64,000 nt of DNA, taken from a bacterium. Lineage in GTDB: Bacteria; UBA8248. This document shows positions 13,486 through 23,751 of this stretch, in pieces. The stretch lies in NCBI GenBank assembly GCA_965204535.1, contig CBDBEV010000001.1, positions 1,984,001 through 2,048,000 of the forward strand, in the 5' to 3' direction. Within the stretch, counting starts at the first letter, position 1; each line of letters starts with the position of its first letter. A model generated the notes under the pieces. It was not told the origin of the DNA, ran no database searches, and worked only from the letters and a program-made list of their open reading frames with translations. A program made the position numbers and the translations under genes.

Positions 13486-13731
13486 TCAATTCGACGTGCG
13501 GCGGAGAACCAACGCCTCAACCATTTCGGCCCTGTCCAGCTTCTTTTTCTCCAGAAAACGGGGGTCTCCGTGCCGCCCCTCCCAGACATGCTTCCCCGTG
13601 TTCAGGCTGATCTTCGTTACGGATAGCTGTTGCGGAGAGAGGTCGTCGTAGCCCTCTTCGTAGCCGTTCACCACGACGCGCAGTCCGGCGGGATATTCCT
13701 GAAGCAGTCCGATCAACTCGTTGACCGTCAT
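13486..13731 (-). CDS. Small hypothetical protein
   Basis: 81 aa (MTVNELIGLLQEYP...), RBS AGGAG, same strand and tightly spaced between hsdM and the HEPN gene. Confidence 0.65.
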   Translation of the reverse strand: MTVNELIGLLQEYPAGLRVVVNGYEEGYDDLSPQQLSVTKISLNTGKHVWEGRHGDPRFLEKKKLDRAEMVEALVLRRTSN

Positions 13732-13742
13732 CTACGCTCTCC

Positions 13743-15308
13743 TCACATCGGGAATCCCAGCGTCTTCAGGTTCCCGGCGATGGCGGCGTCGAGTTCCTCG
13801 CCCTTTTCCTGCTGCTCCCGAAGCTCCTTGACGAGGCGCTTCATCTTCTCCTCGAACGGCTCGCTATCCTCTTCCTGCGCCTCCGCGCCCACGTAGCGGC
13901 CGGGCGTCAGTACATAGCCATGCTTTTGCACCTCACCCATGCTCGCGCTCTTGCAGAAGCCGGGAACGTCGTCGTATTCCCCGGCATCCTCGCCGCCGCG
14001 CCAGGCGTGGTAGGTATCGGCGATCCGCGCGATGTCCTCGTCCGTCAATTCGCGGTGGGTGCGGTCGACCATGCGGCCCAGCCTGCGGGCGTCGATGAAG
14101 AGGATTTCTCCGCCGCGCTTCCTCTCCCGCGCCAGGAACCAGAGGCAAGCGGGAATCGGTGCCGTATAAAAAAGCTGCCCCGGCAGGGAGACCATGCAGT
14201 CCATGAGTTCCGCCTCGATCAGGTTCTTGCGAATCCCGCCCTCGCCCGACTGGTTCGAGGACATCGAACCGTTGGCCAAGACGAAACCCGCAGCACCGCC
14301 CGGCGCCAGGTGATGAACCATGTGCTGTATCCAGGCGAAGTTGGCGTTGCCTTTGGGCGGGACGCCGTATCGCCAGCGCGCATCGTCCGTGAGCCGCTCG
14401 CCGCCCCAGTTGGAGACGTTGAAGGGGGGATTGGCGAGTATGTAATCCGCCTTGAGGTCCGGATGTCGGTCGTTATGGAAGCTGTCCCCATGGGCGATCT
14501 GCCCTTCGATGCCGCGGATGGCGAGGTTCATCTTCGAGAGCCGCCACGTCGTGTAGTTCGACTCCTGGCCGTAGATGCTGATGTCGCCGCGCGCCCTTCC
14601 GCCGTTGCCGTTGCCGCTTGTGTGCGCGTCGATGAACTCGACCGACTGCACGAACATGCCCGAGGAGCCGCAGCATGGGTCGTATACGCGGCCCCGGTAG
14701 GGCTCCAGCATCTCGACCAGGAGCTTGACGACGCAGCGCGGGGTGTAGAATTCCCCGCCCTTCTTGCCCTCGGCGCTCGCGAACTGCGAGAGGAAATACT
14801 CGTAGACGCGGCCGAGAACGTCCTTCGAGCGGGCGTCCGCGTCGCCCACCCGGATGTTGCTGATGAGGTTGATCAACTGGCCGAGGCGCTCCTTGTCGAG
14901 CGCGGGGCGGGCGTAGTCCTTCGGCAGCACGTCCTTGACCGCCGGGTTCTCGCGCTCGATGGCCGTCATGGCGTCGTCGACGGTTTGGCCGATGGCGGGC
15001 TGCGGCGCTTGGTTCTTTAGATTCGCCCAGCGCGCCTCGCGCGGCACCCAGAAGATGTTCTCGGCGCGGTATTCGTCCGGGTCTTCGGGGTCCGCGCCTT
15101 CTGCCCGCTCGGCTTCCAGCCTGGCGCGCCTTTCCTCGAAGGCGTCCGAGATGTATTTCAGGAAGATGAGGCCCAGGACGACGTGCTTGTACTCCGCCGC
15201 ATCCATCGAGCCGCGCAAGGCGTTGGCCATTTCCCAAAGCTCGCGTTCATAGCCCGTCGTGGCTCCGTCCCCGGCTTCCTGGTTCTTATTCGACCCTGTC
15301 CGCGCCAT
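13743..15308 (-). CDS. hsdM: Type I R-M methyltransferase subunit M
   Basis: [20 protein letters not shown]. Confidence 0.96.
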   Translation of the reverse strand: MARTGSNKNQEAGDGATTGYERELWEMANALRGSMDAAEYKHVVLGLIFLKYISDAFEERRARLEAERAEGADPEDPDEYRAENIFWVPREARWANLKNQAPQPAIGQTVDDAMTAIERENPAVKDVLPKDYARPALDKERLGQLINLISNIRVGDADARSKDVLGRVYEYFLSQFASAEGKKGGEFYTPRCVVKLLVEMLEPYRGRVYDPCCGSSGMFVQSVEFIDAHTSGNGNGGRARGDISIYGQESNYTTWRLSKMNLAIRGIEGQIAHGDSFHNDRHPDLKADYILANPPFNVSNWGGERLTDDARWRYGVPPKGNANFAWIQHMVHHLAPGGAAGFVLANGSMSSNQSGEGGIRKNLIEAELMDCMVSLPGQLFYTAPIPACLWFLARERKRGGEILFIDARRLGRMVDRTHRELTDEDIARIADTYHAWRGGEDAGEYDDVPGFCKSASMGEVQKHGYVLTPGRYVGAEAQEEDSEPFEEKMKRLVKELREQQEKGEELDAAIAGNLKTLGFPM

Positions 15309-15497
15309 GGTTCCTTTATCCCATCTGTCAGGCGTCATCGGTGGATATGTCATTCGCCGCCGGGCAGTTTACAAACCGGGGCGGCCCTTGTCATCCGGGA
15401 AACCCGGTGGGCCGGTTCCTTCTCCGGGAAGTTCTCGTTCGTCGTTCCGGCGAACCCTCATTCATCAATCGGGTTCGACCTCCTCGCCCTGAAAACC

Positions 15498-15549
15498 AAC
15501 CCCCCTACCCCCCCTTGATAAGGGGGTAAAAAAGAAGCCCCCCCTGCAA
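15498..15549. repeat. C/G-rich palindromic repeat pair; right arm interrupted by a MITE
   Basis: Left arm AAC-(C)n-TA-(C)n-TTGATAA-(G)n; same family as the pair at 40923-40952 and 41070-42620. Confidence 0.7.
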
Positions 15550-15735
15550 GGGGTTGTTGAAAAACCCTGCAATGACGGCAACGAGATTCCGGCCTGCCGA
15601 AGGGAGTGTAGGGGCCGCATATATGCGGCCCGTCGTTGGAAGGCAAAAAGGCCGGGTCGCATGTATGTCGGACATATATGTCCGACATACACACAAACAA
15701 ATTTTCCCTCGGCGAGGGGCTTTTTCAACAGACCC
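15550..15735 (+). mobile_element. MITE (~186 bp) with IS1182-like terminal inverted repeats and internal REP palindromes
   Basis: Ends GGGGTTGTTGAAAAACCC and GGGGCTTTTTCAACAGACCC match the IR of the IS at 41082-42597; contains GTAGGGGCCGCATATATGCGGCCC. Confidence 0.8.
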
Positions 15736-15783
15736 GACATGGGGAGTTGGAGGGTTCGGGGCGGCGGACGACCTGCGGGGCGG

Positions 15784-16203
15784 CTACGGCGCGTCCCAGG
15801 GGTTCACGACGTCGACCTCGAGGCCGTCGAAATCGCGGACGTTTCTCGTCGCAATCGAAAGCGCATGCGCCACCGCCGTGCCCGCGATGAGCGCGTCCCC
15901 CATATCCAGAACGCGGCCCGCGCGATGCGCCCGCGCCCTCAGGGCCGCGGCCCGTGCGGCTTCGGGCCGGCCTACCGGCAGCACCCTGTCCGCGTATTCA
16001 GAGACGAACGCGAAGAGTACCACCCGGATTCCCTCGCGGCGGCGTCCGGGCGGGAGCAGTTCGACGCCGAAGTCCAGCTCGTGCAGGACGACGGTGGAGA
16101 GCCACAGATCCTCAACGTCGGCGAGGAACTCCGTCACCCCCGAATGCGGCGCGTCCTTCGTCAACTCCGAGATGACGTTCGTGTCGAGCAGGAACCCGCT
16201 CAT
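15784..16203 (-). CDS. vapC: VapC-type PIN-domain toxin
   Basis: MSGFLLDTNVISE...DALIAGTA...ATRNVRDF...NPW. Confidence 0.9.
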   Translation of the reverse strand: MSGFLLDTNVISELTKDAPHSGVTEFLADVEDLWLSTVVLHELDFGVELLPPGRRREGIRVVLFAFVSEYADRVLPVGRPEAARAAALRARAHRAGRVLDMGDALIAGTAVAHALSIATRNVRDFDGLEVDVVNPWDAP

Positions 16204-16484
16204 TCGGCATCGCCGCCCGCGAAGGGTATCTCTCTCCGGGAGCCTCTCGCCCCCGGAATCTCCAGGTTCGCGCCGCGCGGCATGTTCTCGACGAGCCACC
16301 GCCCCATGGGCTTGCGGGGCGACTCCTTCGCGTACCACTTCCCGGCGGGCACGACCACGAAGGGCCGCCTCGCGCCGATATGCTGCGGCCCCTCCTCCTC
16401 GGCGAGGCGCAACACCTCGGACAGGCGCGCCTTGGCCTCGGCGACGGTCCAGACTCGGCGGGGTTTGGGATGTCGTTCGGTCAT
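16200..16484 (-). CDS. Phd/YefM family antitoxin
   Basis: WTVAEAKARLSEVLRLAEEEGPQHI; overlaps the vapC start. Confidence 0.85.
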   Translation of the reverse strand: MTERHPKPRRVWTVAEAKARLSEVLRLAEEEGPQHIGARRPFVVVPAGKWYAKESPRKPMGRWLVENMPRGANLEIPGARGSRREIPFAGGDAE

Positions 16485-16501
16485 GGCTCCCTCAAGCGAA
16501 A

Positions 16502-16526
16502 AATATAGTCCAATATAGACTATATT
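16502..16526. promoter_or_regulatory. Probable toxin-antitoxin autoregulatory operator
   Basis: Inverted repeat AATATAGTC-N7-GACTATATT just upstream of the antitoxin start. Confidence 0.6.
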
Positions 16527-16565
16527 ACTGGTCGGCGTCAAGGGGAGGAAAACCACGTGTGGGGA

Positions 16566-16898
16566 CCGCATTTCCCCGCATTTGCGGCGAAGCGCTCATC
16601 GCTTCCTCCCGGCAACCGGAGGAAATTCTCTGCATCCCGTTCGAAACGACCCGCATTTGCCCGCAATTGCCGTCGCGCTGCCCGGGGCGCGAGCGCGTAT
16701 GATGGCGAAGCCGGGCGCTTCGTTCTCAAGTGATATGGAATTTCCGTAAATTCCTGAAAAATCCCGAAAAATCCGATAAATTAACGGGGTATTTCTGAAA
16801 ATTAAATTCTTGGGAAATGACGCCGCGGAATCCGGGCGCAGGAGGATTCTGCCACGGTCGGCCGGCCTCGCCATGACGGCAAATGCGGGGAAATGCGG
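16566..16898. repeat. Non-coding element bounded by perfect 20-bp inverted repeats, with an AT-rich core
   Basis: CCGCATTTCCCCGCATTTGC (16566-16585) and GCAAATGCGGGGAAATGCGG (16879-16898). Confidence 0.65.
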
Positions 16899-17361
16899 CG
16901 TGTTGCGGATTTCAGGGCGCGATTGCCGCGTTCGGGCTTTCCGCTTCAGGAGGAATCGACCGAAGCCGCCCGAGCCAACAAGGCGGACAATCGGCCGTAA
17001 TCCGGGTGCGCATCCGCGCGACTGGAGCGCGCTCCCGTTTCCGGGGCGGGAAGATACTTGTGCGGGGCCGCTGACCCCCGCGCGGCGTATCCGGCCCGCC
17101 GACGCCTCGTCCATGAGAGCGAAGCAGTTCGGCGTCCCCCGCCGGATTCGCCCGTCACCTCTCCAAACATCCGTCGAGGCTGCTCAAACGGCTTGAATGG
17201 TATCAGCGAAGGCGGCGGTGGGTAAAGATTTTGCAAAGGTTTCCGCTCCGGGCGCCCTTCGGGAATTGCCGGACGGGAGCGGCGGGGGTGGAATCCTGGG
17301 TTTCCCGGCCGGGATGAAACTGAAAATGCAAACGGTTCATTTTTATGGTGTTATATCGATT

Positions 17362-18645
17362 TCAGGTGGATATGGAAGCGGTTCCGCCCATGTAGGGGCG
17401 CAAGGCCTCGGGTATCGCCACGGAGCCGTCCGCGCGCTGGAAGTTCTCGAGAATCGCCACCAGCGTGCGGCCTACGGCGAGGCCCGAGCCGTTCAGGGTA
17501 TGGACGAATTCGGGCTTCGCACCCGCTCCGGGGCGGTAGCGGATGCCCGCGCGCCGGGCCTGGAAGTCCTCGAAATTGCTGCACGAGGAGATCTCGCGGT
17601 AGGTGTTCTGAGACGGCACCCAGACCTCGATGTCGTACGTCTTGGCGGCGGAAAAACCCAGGTCTCCCGCGCACAGCGTGACGACGCGGTAGTGGAGTCC
17701 CAGGCGCTTCAGGATTTCTTCCGCGTCTGAGGTGAGGGTCTCCAATTCCTCGTAGCTCGTCTCGGGGCGGCTGAACATCACGAGTTCGACCTTGTTGAAC
17801 TGGTGCTGGCGGATGAGGCCGCGCGTGTCCTGGCCGTAGGAGCCGGCCTCGCTCCTGAAGCAGGGCGTATAGGCCGTGTACCTGAGGGGAAGGTCCTCGT
17901 CGCTCAGGATTTCGTCGCGGTGGATGTTCGTGACGGGCACCTCGGCGGTGGGGATGAGGTAGTATTTTCCGTCGTTTACGCGGAAGAGGTCTTCCTCGAA
18001 TTTGGGCAGCTGGCCCGTGCCCGTCATGGCCTCGGGGTTCACCATGAACGGCGGCAGCCACTCGGTGTAGCCGTGCTCGTTCGTGTGCAGGTCGAGCATG
18101 AAGTTGATGAGGACGCGCTCCAAACGCGCGCCCGCCCCCCGGTAGAGCGCAAACCGCGCGCCGGCGATCTTGGCGGCGCGTTTCATATCAAGTATTTCCA
18201 GGGCTTCGCCCAGCTCATCGTGCGCCCTGGGTTCGAAGTCGAAAACGGGTTTCTCGCCCCAGACCCGCACGAGGGCGTTGTCCTCGGCACTCCGGCCTTC
18301 GGGCGTGGTCTCATGCGGCGCGTTGGGGAGTTCCAGGAGGATATCGTTTTGTTTTTGTTCGAGTTCCCTCAGTTCTCCCTCCATGGACTTGGCCTCGGCC
18401 GTCAAGCGCTGGTTCTCGGCCAGAAACGCCTCGACCTCCTCATCGGACGCCTTGTTCCTTTTGAGTTCGCCGATTTGCTTGCTGCGCTTTCTCACGTCGG
18501 CCACCCGGCTTTCGACCTGGTGGGTCAAATCCCGCCTCCGGGCGTCGATTTCCAGCAAGCCCGGGAGGTCCCAATCGCCGCCCCTTCGCGCGAGGGCGCG
18601 CGCCACCGCGTCGGGGTCTTGTCTGATGAGGCGAATGTCGAACAA
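17362..18645 (-). CDS. serS: Serine--tRNA ligase
   Basis: [43 protein letters not shown]. Confidence 0.97.
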   Translation of the reverse strand: MFDIRLIRQDPDAVARALARRGGDWDLPGLLEIDARRRDLTHQVESRVADVRKRSKQIGELKRNKASDEEVEAFLAENQRLTAEAKSMEGELRELEQKQNDILLELPNAPHETTPEGRSAEDNALVRVWGEKPVFDFEPRAHDELGEALEILDMKRAAKIAGARFALYRGAGARLERVLINFMLDLHTNEHGYTEWLPPFMVNPEAMTGTGQLPKFEEDLFRVNDGKYYLIPTAEVPVTNIHRDEILSDEDLPLRYTAYTPCFRSEAGSYGQDTRGLIRQHQFNKVELVMFSRPETSYEELETLTSDAEEILKRLGLHYRVVTLCAGDLGFSAAKTYDIEVWVPSQNTYREISSCSNFEDFQARRAGIRYRPGAGAKPEFVHTLNGSGLAVGRTLVAILENFQRADGSVAIPEALRPYMGGTASIST

Positions 18646-18810
18646 TTTGCCGCTCCTCCATGATGTTCCCTTATGGGGTAGTGAACATAAAACGGGAGGT
18701 TGCGCGCGTCAACGGAAACATCTCCCGGAGGTGAAATAACCGCGCTGGATTTTGGTTTCGCAAATGGGTATTCTCGATGGATCGGATGCGTTTTCCGGCA
18801 ACGACAGGGG

Positions 18811-19296
18811 ATGGAGACGAACATGTTCGGCATCATGCGGTTGATAGTGCGTTCAGGGGGCGCCGTGGCCGTCTGTCTGGGGATCGTGGCCCTGGCGTTC
18901 TACGGCATCGCGCAGACGAGCGTGATGATAGTGGATGAGCCCGCCCGGGGGTTCAAGGTGCTGGGCGTCTTTTTCGCTCTCTCCGTCGTGTTTTGCCTGA
19001 TGCTGAAATGGGTCTTGCGACAGGCTATTGCGCAGGCCCTCCGCCCCATCGGCGCGGCGAAAGAGGCGACCTCGCGCCTCGTTTCCATCGGCGAGGAAGG
19101 CGGCAAGAAAGCGTTTCGCTCGCTCGGCAAAAGAACGCGAAACGCGGGCAGCACGCTCACGTGGGCGGTGGGCGGAGCGGCCAGAACCCTGTGGCGCGTG
19201 CGGTTTGTCTGGCCCTCTTCCTGGCGCGGCCGCCGGGATGACGCGCAAAAGCCTGCGGATGTCATTCCCCTCAAGAGGAATCAGGAGGGCTCCTGA
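18811..19296 (+). CDS. Hypothetical membrane protein with two TM helices
   Basis: Two hydrophobic helices and a basic C-terminal tail; start uncertain. Confidence 0.55.
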   Translation: METNMFGIMRLIVRSGGAVAVCLGIVALAFYGIAQTSVMIVDEPARGFKVLGVFFALSVVFCLMLKWVLRQAIAQALRPIGAAKEATSRLVSIGEEGGKKAFRSLGKRTRNAGSTLTWAVGGAARTLWRVRFVWPSSWRGRRDDAQKPADVIPLKRNQEGS

Positions 19297-19335
19297 CCTT
19301 TTGGATTGAGAGAGGCGGTTCTTCGGTCTTTTCGG

Positions 19336-19791
19336 CTACTCCTCCATTTGCTCGAAAATCAGATAGTGGCTTTCCTCCATGTTCAGATTCTTGTAAACCG
19401 CCTGGGCTGCCGCGTTTTGCGCGTCAACGTATAGCTGGAGGCCGCAGGCGCCCGCTTGTTCGGCGAGATTTTTAATGTGGTGGTGCAATGCCCTGTAAAT
19501 GCCCTGTTTTCTCTCAGACGGAACGACATACACGTTCTGAATCCACCAGTATTGGCCGTTGTTCCAGTCGCTCCACTCCAGTGTGACCCGGATTTGCCCC
19601 AGAATCTCGTCGCCCCGGTGCGCGAGGTAATATTGTCCCAGCGAAGGGTCGGCGAGGGATTTTTCCACGCCCCGGCGGACTTTCTCGGGTTCCAGACGAA
19701 GGTTTTCACTCTCCAAGGCCATCTCGATGTTGAATTGGACAATAGTTTCCGTGTCCTCGATAGTGGCCGGACGTATCTCGAAATTCATCAT
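19336..19791 (-). CDS. GNAT family N-acetyltransferase
   Basis: WWIQNVYV...RKQGIY...LYVDAQNAAAQAVY. Confidence 0.88.
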   Translation of the reverse strand: MMNFEIRPATIEDTETIVQFNIEMALESENLRLEPEKVRRGVEKSLADPSLGQYYLAHRGDEILGQIRVTLEWSDWNNGQYWWIQNVYVVPSERKQGIYRALHHHIKNLAEQAGACGLQLYVDAQNAAAQAVYKNLNMEESHYLIFEQMEE

Positions 19792-20029
19792 GCCTCCGAA
19801 TTGTCGGGTCTGGTTCGATTGTTCTGACAGACCCTATCCAATTCGATTCAGCAAGTAAAACCTATGCCGGGTGATATCGTTTCCCAGGGTTTCAGCCATG
19901 AACTTTGTGTGGAAATGCGCCTGTTGAGAAAAAAAGGGCTTTCAGCCCACAATAGATTCGGGCGTGGGGCAGCACTACGATTTCTCAGGTTTTTTCAGAA
20001 ACTTGCCCACACGAGTGTCGTTGGGTGAA

Positions 20030-21355
20030 ATGAAACTGGCCAAGCAGGCGGGCCGCCGTAACAGGAAGCATGGAATGCGCTTGAAACTCGGGATCTGTAT
20101 CGTTTCCGTTGTTTTTCTCACTCTCCCGGCGTTTTCCCGGAAGATATCAAAAAGCTTCATCTTTCCGTCCGTTCAAGCTTCGGAAAAAAAGGGGATTCCC
20201 GGCAAATGGAAGCGCTGGCAGGATTTCGTGAACGATCACTTCCGCTATCCGTTGCCTCCCATGGGCGAGGCGCCGGAATCATACAGAGGTGCTGAACGCT
20301 CTCTTTCGCCGGAGCATTGCGGCAGTTGTCATCCCGAGCAGCACAAACAGTGGAGAACCACGCTTCACGCCAAGGCGATGAGTCCGGGCATATACGGACA
20401 ACTCGTCGATATGTGGAAGACGAATCCCAAGCAAGCGCAAAGCTGCAACGAGTGCCACGCGCCCTTGGCGGAACAGCAAAAACGCGCGAAGCAGAGCGCG
20501 GACCCTCTGGCGAGATGGCGGAAAAACCCGGTCTACGACCGAAAGCTGGAGATGAGTGGACTGGCCTGCGCTGCATGCCATGTGCGCGATTGGCGCGTGC
20601 ATGGTCCCCAGAAGAAAGAGACCCCCGAAGGTGTAGACGATACGACAGGCAAAGGCCCGCACGCCGGTGTGGAGCGCACGCCATTTTTCAGCCGCTCTGA
20701 ATTTTGCATGAGTTGTCACCAGCACACGTTTCCCGGACCGAACGGGAAATCGATTCAGAATACCTACAACGAATGGAAAAACTCGCTTTGGGGCAAGGAG
20801 GGCGTCGCCTGCCAGAGTTGTCACATGCCCGACCGGGCGCATCTTTGGCGGGGCATACATGACAAGGATATGACGCAAAGCGCCGTGCAAATCGACGTTT
20901 CGCTGGGAGCGGAAGCGTCCGAAGAAATCGTGACGGCCGAGATCAAGCTCACGAACTCGGGCGCCGGCCATTATTTTCCCACCTACATCACGCCCTCGGT
21001 GGACGTGATCACCGAACTTGAGGACAAGAACGGGCGAAGAATACCGGGCTCAAGGCAAATCAACGTGATAGAGCGGAAACTCTCGTCCGATTTCAGCCGT
21101 GAAATCCATGACACGCGCATTCCCCCTCAAGAATCCATCACGTTTCGATACAGGAGAGGACGAAGAGAGGATGCCGCGAGGTTCAGGGTGCGCGTTCACG
21201 TGCGGCCCGATGCCTTTTATCACAATTTCTTCATTGAATTTCTCAAAAATCCCGACATCTCGAACTTGTCACGTAAGCTCATCATGGAGGCCCGAGACAT
21301 CGCGGCGTCATCGGGCTTTGACATTTATGATGAGAAACTCGAATTGAAAAACTAA
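20030..21355 (+). CDS. Multiheme c-type cytochrome (5 CxxCH)
   Basis: CGSCH, CNECH, CAACH, CMSCH, CQSCH; N-terminal hydrophobic segment; start uncertain. Confidence 0.85.
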   Translation: MKLAKQAGRRNRKHGMRLKLGICIVSVVFLTLPAFSRKISKSFIFPSVQASEKKGIPGKWKRWQDFVNDHFRYPLPPMGEAPESYRGAERSLSPEHCGSCHPEQHKQWRTTLHAKAMSPGIYGQLVDMWKTNPKQAQSCNECHAPLAEQQKRAKQSADPLARWRKNPVYDRKLEMSGLACAACHVRDWRVHGPQKKETPEGVDDTTGKGPHAGVERTPFFSRSEFCMSCHQHTFPGPNGKSIQNTYNEWKNSLWGKEGVACQSCHMPDRAHLWRGIHDKDMTQSAVQIDVSLGAEASEEIVTAEIKLTNSGAGHYFPTYITPSVDVITELEDKNGRRIPGSRQINVIERKLSSDFSREIHDTRIPPQESITFRYRRGRREDAARFRVRVHVRPDAFYHNFFIEFLKNPDISNLSRKLIMEARDIAASSGFDIYDEKLELKN

Positions 21356-23679
21356 TCAACCGATACGGCGGCGTTTCTTTCGCGAACCGCGCGAACGACG
21401 TCCTCCGGCGCAATCGGCAACGTGTTGAGGTTCGGGTTGGCCGGGTCCCCGATAGCGTCTGCTATCGCGTTCGCTATCGCGGGCGCTGCCGGAATGAGCG
21501 GCATCTCTCCCGCTCCCTTGGCCCCGTAGGGGCCTTCCACGTCGGGTGATTCCACGATCACGCTTTCGATTTCCGAGACGTCCAGACTGGTGGGATTGAG
21601 TTGGCTCTCGAAATCCGCATGCTCGATGATGCCCTCTTCGTGGTGGATCTGCTCGGCGAGGGCCCAGCCCAGCCCCTGTGCGATGCCGCCCTCTATCTGT
21701 CCGTTCAGGGTGAGGGGGTTCATGGCGAAGCCCACATCCTGCGCGCTGGTGATTCTCAGCACCCTGGTTTCTCCTGTTTCGGTGTCGACTTCTACTTCGG
21801 CGATTTGGGTGGCGAATTCTGGCCCGGGCCTCGAGGGTTCGGGGTGGCCGCGCACGTTGTCCGTCCGGTGGGGGGGATTCTCTCCGCGGTAGGATCCGCG
21901 CCCGGTCACGGGGCCGTCGCCTTTCCATACGGCCGAAAACGCCACATCGGCGAACGCGATGGCGCGTGAGGGTGCGGCGCGCACGAATATGTTTCCCTCG
22001 CCTATCTCCAAGTCTTCCGGGGAGGATTCGAGCATGCGCGCCGCCTGGCGAAGCATTTGCTCGCGGGCGTCTTCCGCCGCCATTCGCACGGCGTGCGCCA
22101 TGTTGAACGTGGTCCGGCTGCCTGCGCTGATGGCGTCGAAGGGCGTGGTTTCGGTGTCGGCGATGCGGACGCTCACCTTTTGCACCTCGGCTCCAAGAAT
22201 CTCCGCCGCCACCTGCGCCATCACGGTAGCCGCGCCCGTACCCAGATCGGCGCATCCGGCCAGCACGGCCAGGCCCCCGTCCTCGTTCACCTTCACGACG
22301 GCGCCCGACGCCCCTCCACCGGTGGGATAGCGCGCGCAGCCGATGCCCATTCCCCGCCTGATTCTGCTATTCTGATTTTCCTTTTTCTGCTTCCCCCAGC
22401 CCGCCTTTTTTCCCGCGCGCTCGAGCGTTTCCTTGATGCTTACGCTTTGTAGAATCGTGCCTGCGGGATCCTCGTCGTTTTCATCCATCCCGTTGAGGAT
22501 TCGAAAGGCGAGCGGGTCCATTTCCAGTTCCGAGGCGATGCGATCGGTATGGCGCTCGCAGGCGAAAGCGACCTGCGCCACGCCCAATCCCCGATAGGAG
22601 CCGCTGGGCGGAAGGTTTGTATACACGAGCAGACCATCGACCCTGACGTTTGGAATCTTGTATGGCCCCGCGCTGGTGTAGCAGGATTTGCCCAGCACCA
22701 TCGGTCCCGTCATGCAATAGGCGCCGTTGTTTGAGGTGATTTGTACGTGGCGCGCAATGATTTTCCCTTCCCGCGTCACGCCCGTGCGATAGCGCATACG
22801 GTATGCGTGCCTCGGGTTTCCGGTGATGGTTTCCTCTTCGCGATTGAGAGTCAACTGAACGGGCCGGTTCGACTTTCTGCTCAACAAAACGGCCAGGGCT
22901 TCCATCAGATGTTGGGATTTACCGCCGAACGCGCCGCCCACATGGGTGCTCACGACGCGCAGTTTGTTCATGGGGAGTTCGAGTATTTCCGAGGCGATGG
23001 CGCGCACCACGAAAGCCCCTTGGGTGGGCGAATAGACTATCGTGCTGTCCTCGGGTCCGGGCTCTGCGAGCATGGCGCGGGGCTCGAGATAGTTCTGGTG
23101 AACGCGGGGCGTTTCGTATTCGTCCTCGAATACGAAATCCGCGCGCACGAGCGCATCTTCGATGGGATCGCCCGAGCGTATGAGGATATCGGCGGCCACG
23201 TTTCCATAGCGCATGATACCCGGAAACGATTCGTAATCATCCAGCGTGTCATGCAGAAGCGGGGCGTCTTCCTTCATGGCGTCGGCCGTCGTGAACACGG
23301 CGGGGAGCACCTTGTAATCGACATGAATTTTCTCGAGCGCGGCTTGCGCGGCTTCGGGGGTTTCGGCGGCCACAGCGGCCACGCGTTCGCCAACGTAAAG
23401 CACCTTATCGATGGCGAGAAGCGGTTCATCGCGCACGAGCCTGCCGTGGCGGATGCCGGAAAAATCATCCGCCGTGACGATGGCGTGTACGCCGGGAACC
23501 TTCAAGGCATTGGTGGTGTCGATTTTCTTGATCTCGGCGTGTGGGTGCGGACTCAGGAGCAATTTCGCGGTGAGGCAGCCGGGCCTTCTCAAATCATCGC
23601 CGAAATCGGCGTATCCGGAGACCTTCTCTGCGGAGTCGAGTCTCGGTATGGATTTGCCCAGAACCTGATATTCGGGCAT
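21352..23679 (-). CDS. Xanthine dehydrogenase-family molybdopterin-binding large subunit
   Basis: HQNYLEP, VGGAFGGK, SYRGLG, GQIEGG..QGLG, GAKGAGE. Confidence 0.9.
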   Translation of the reverse strand: MPEYQVLGKSIPRLDSAEKVSGYADFGDDLRRPGCLTAKLLLSPHPHAEIKKIDTTNALKVPGVHAIVTADDFSGIRHGRLVRDEPLLAIDKVLYVGERVAAVAAETPEAAQAALEKIHVDYKVLPAVFTTADAMKEDAPLLHDTLDDYESFPGIMRYGNVAADILIRSGDPIEDALVRADFVFEDEYETPRVHQNYLEPRAMLAEPGPEDSTIVYSPTQGAFVVRAIASEILELPMNKLRVVSTHVGGAFGGKSQHLMEALAVLLSRKSNRPVQLTLNREEETITGNPRHAYRMRYRTGVTREGKIIARHVQITSNNGAYCMTGPMVLGKSCYTSAGPYKIPNVRVDGLLVYTNLPPSGSYRGLGVAQVAFACERHTDRIASELEMDPLAFRILNGMDENDEDPAGTILQSVSIKETLERAGKKAGWGKQKKENQNSRIRRGMGIGCARYPTGGGASGAVVKVNEDGGLAVLAGCADLGTGAATVMAQVAAEILGAEVQKVSVRIADTETTPFDAISAGSRTTFNMAHAVRMAAEDAREQMLRQAARMLESSPEDLEIGEGNIFVRAAPSRAIAFADVAFSAVWKGDGPVTGRGSYRGENPPHRTDNVRGHPEPSRPGPEFATQIAEVEVDTETGETRVLRITSAQDVGFAMNPLTLNGQIEGGIAQGLGWALAEQIHHEEGIIEHADFESQLNPTSLDVSEIESVIVESPDVEGPYGAKGAGEMPLIPAAPAIANAIADAIGDPANPNLNTLPIAPEDVVRAVRERNAAVSVD

Positions 23680-23751
23680 GTCACCCCTCATCACCTTGTG
23701 CAAGGCATCGTCTCATGGTGAATCCCGTCGGTGAATATTAGACACCAGAGT

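Noticed and set aside
15498-15735. Possible CRISPR array from clustered palindromes (also 40900-41080)
   Set aside because: No regularly spaced identical direct repeats with unique spacers and no cas genes; better explained as REP/MITE elements
17060-17164. Intact tRNA-Ser or tRNA-Sec downstream of serS
   Set aside because: Only 9 nt resemble a tRNA 5' end; no anticodon arm, T-loop or CCA can be folded
21352-23679. Form I aerobic CO dehydrogenase CoxL
   Set aside because: The active-site loop is SYRGLG rather than AYXCSFR, and coxM/coxS are not adjacent
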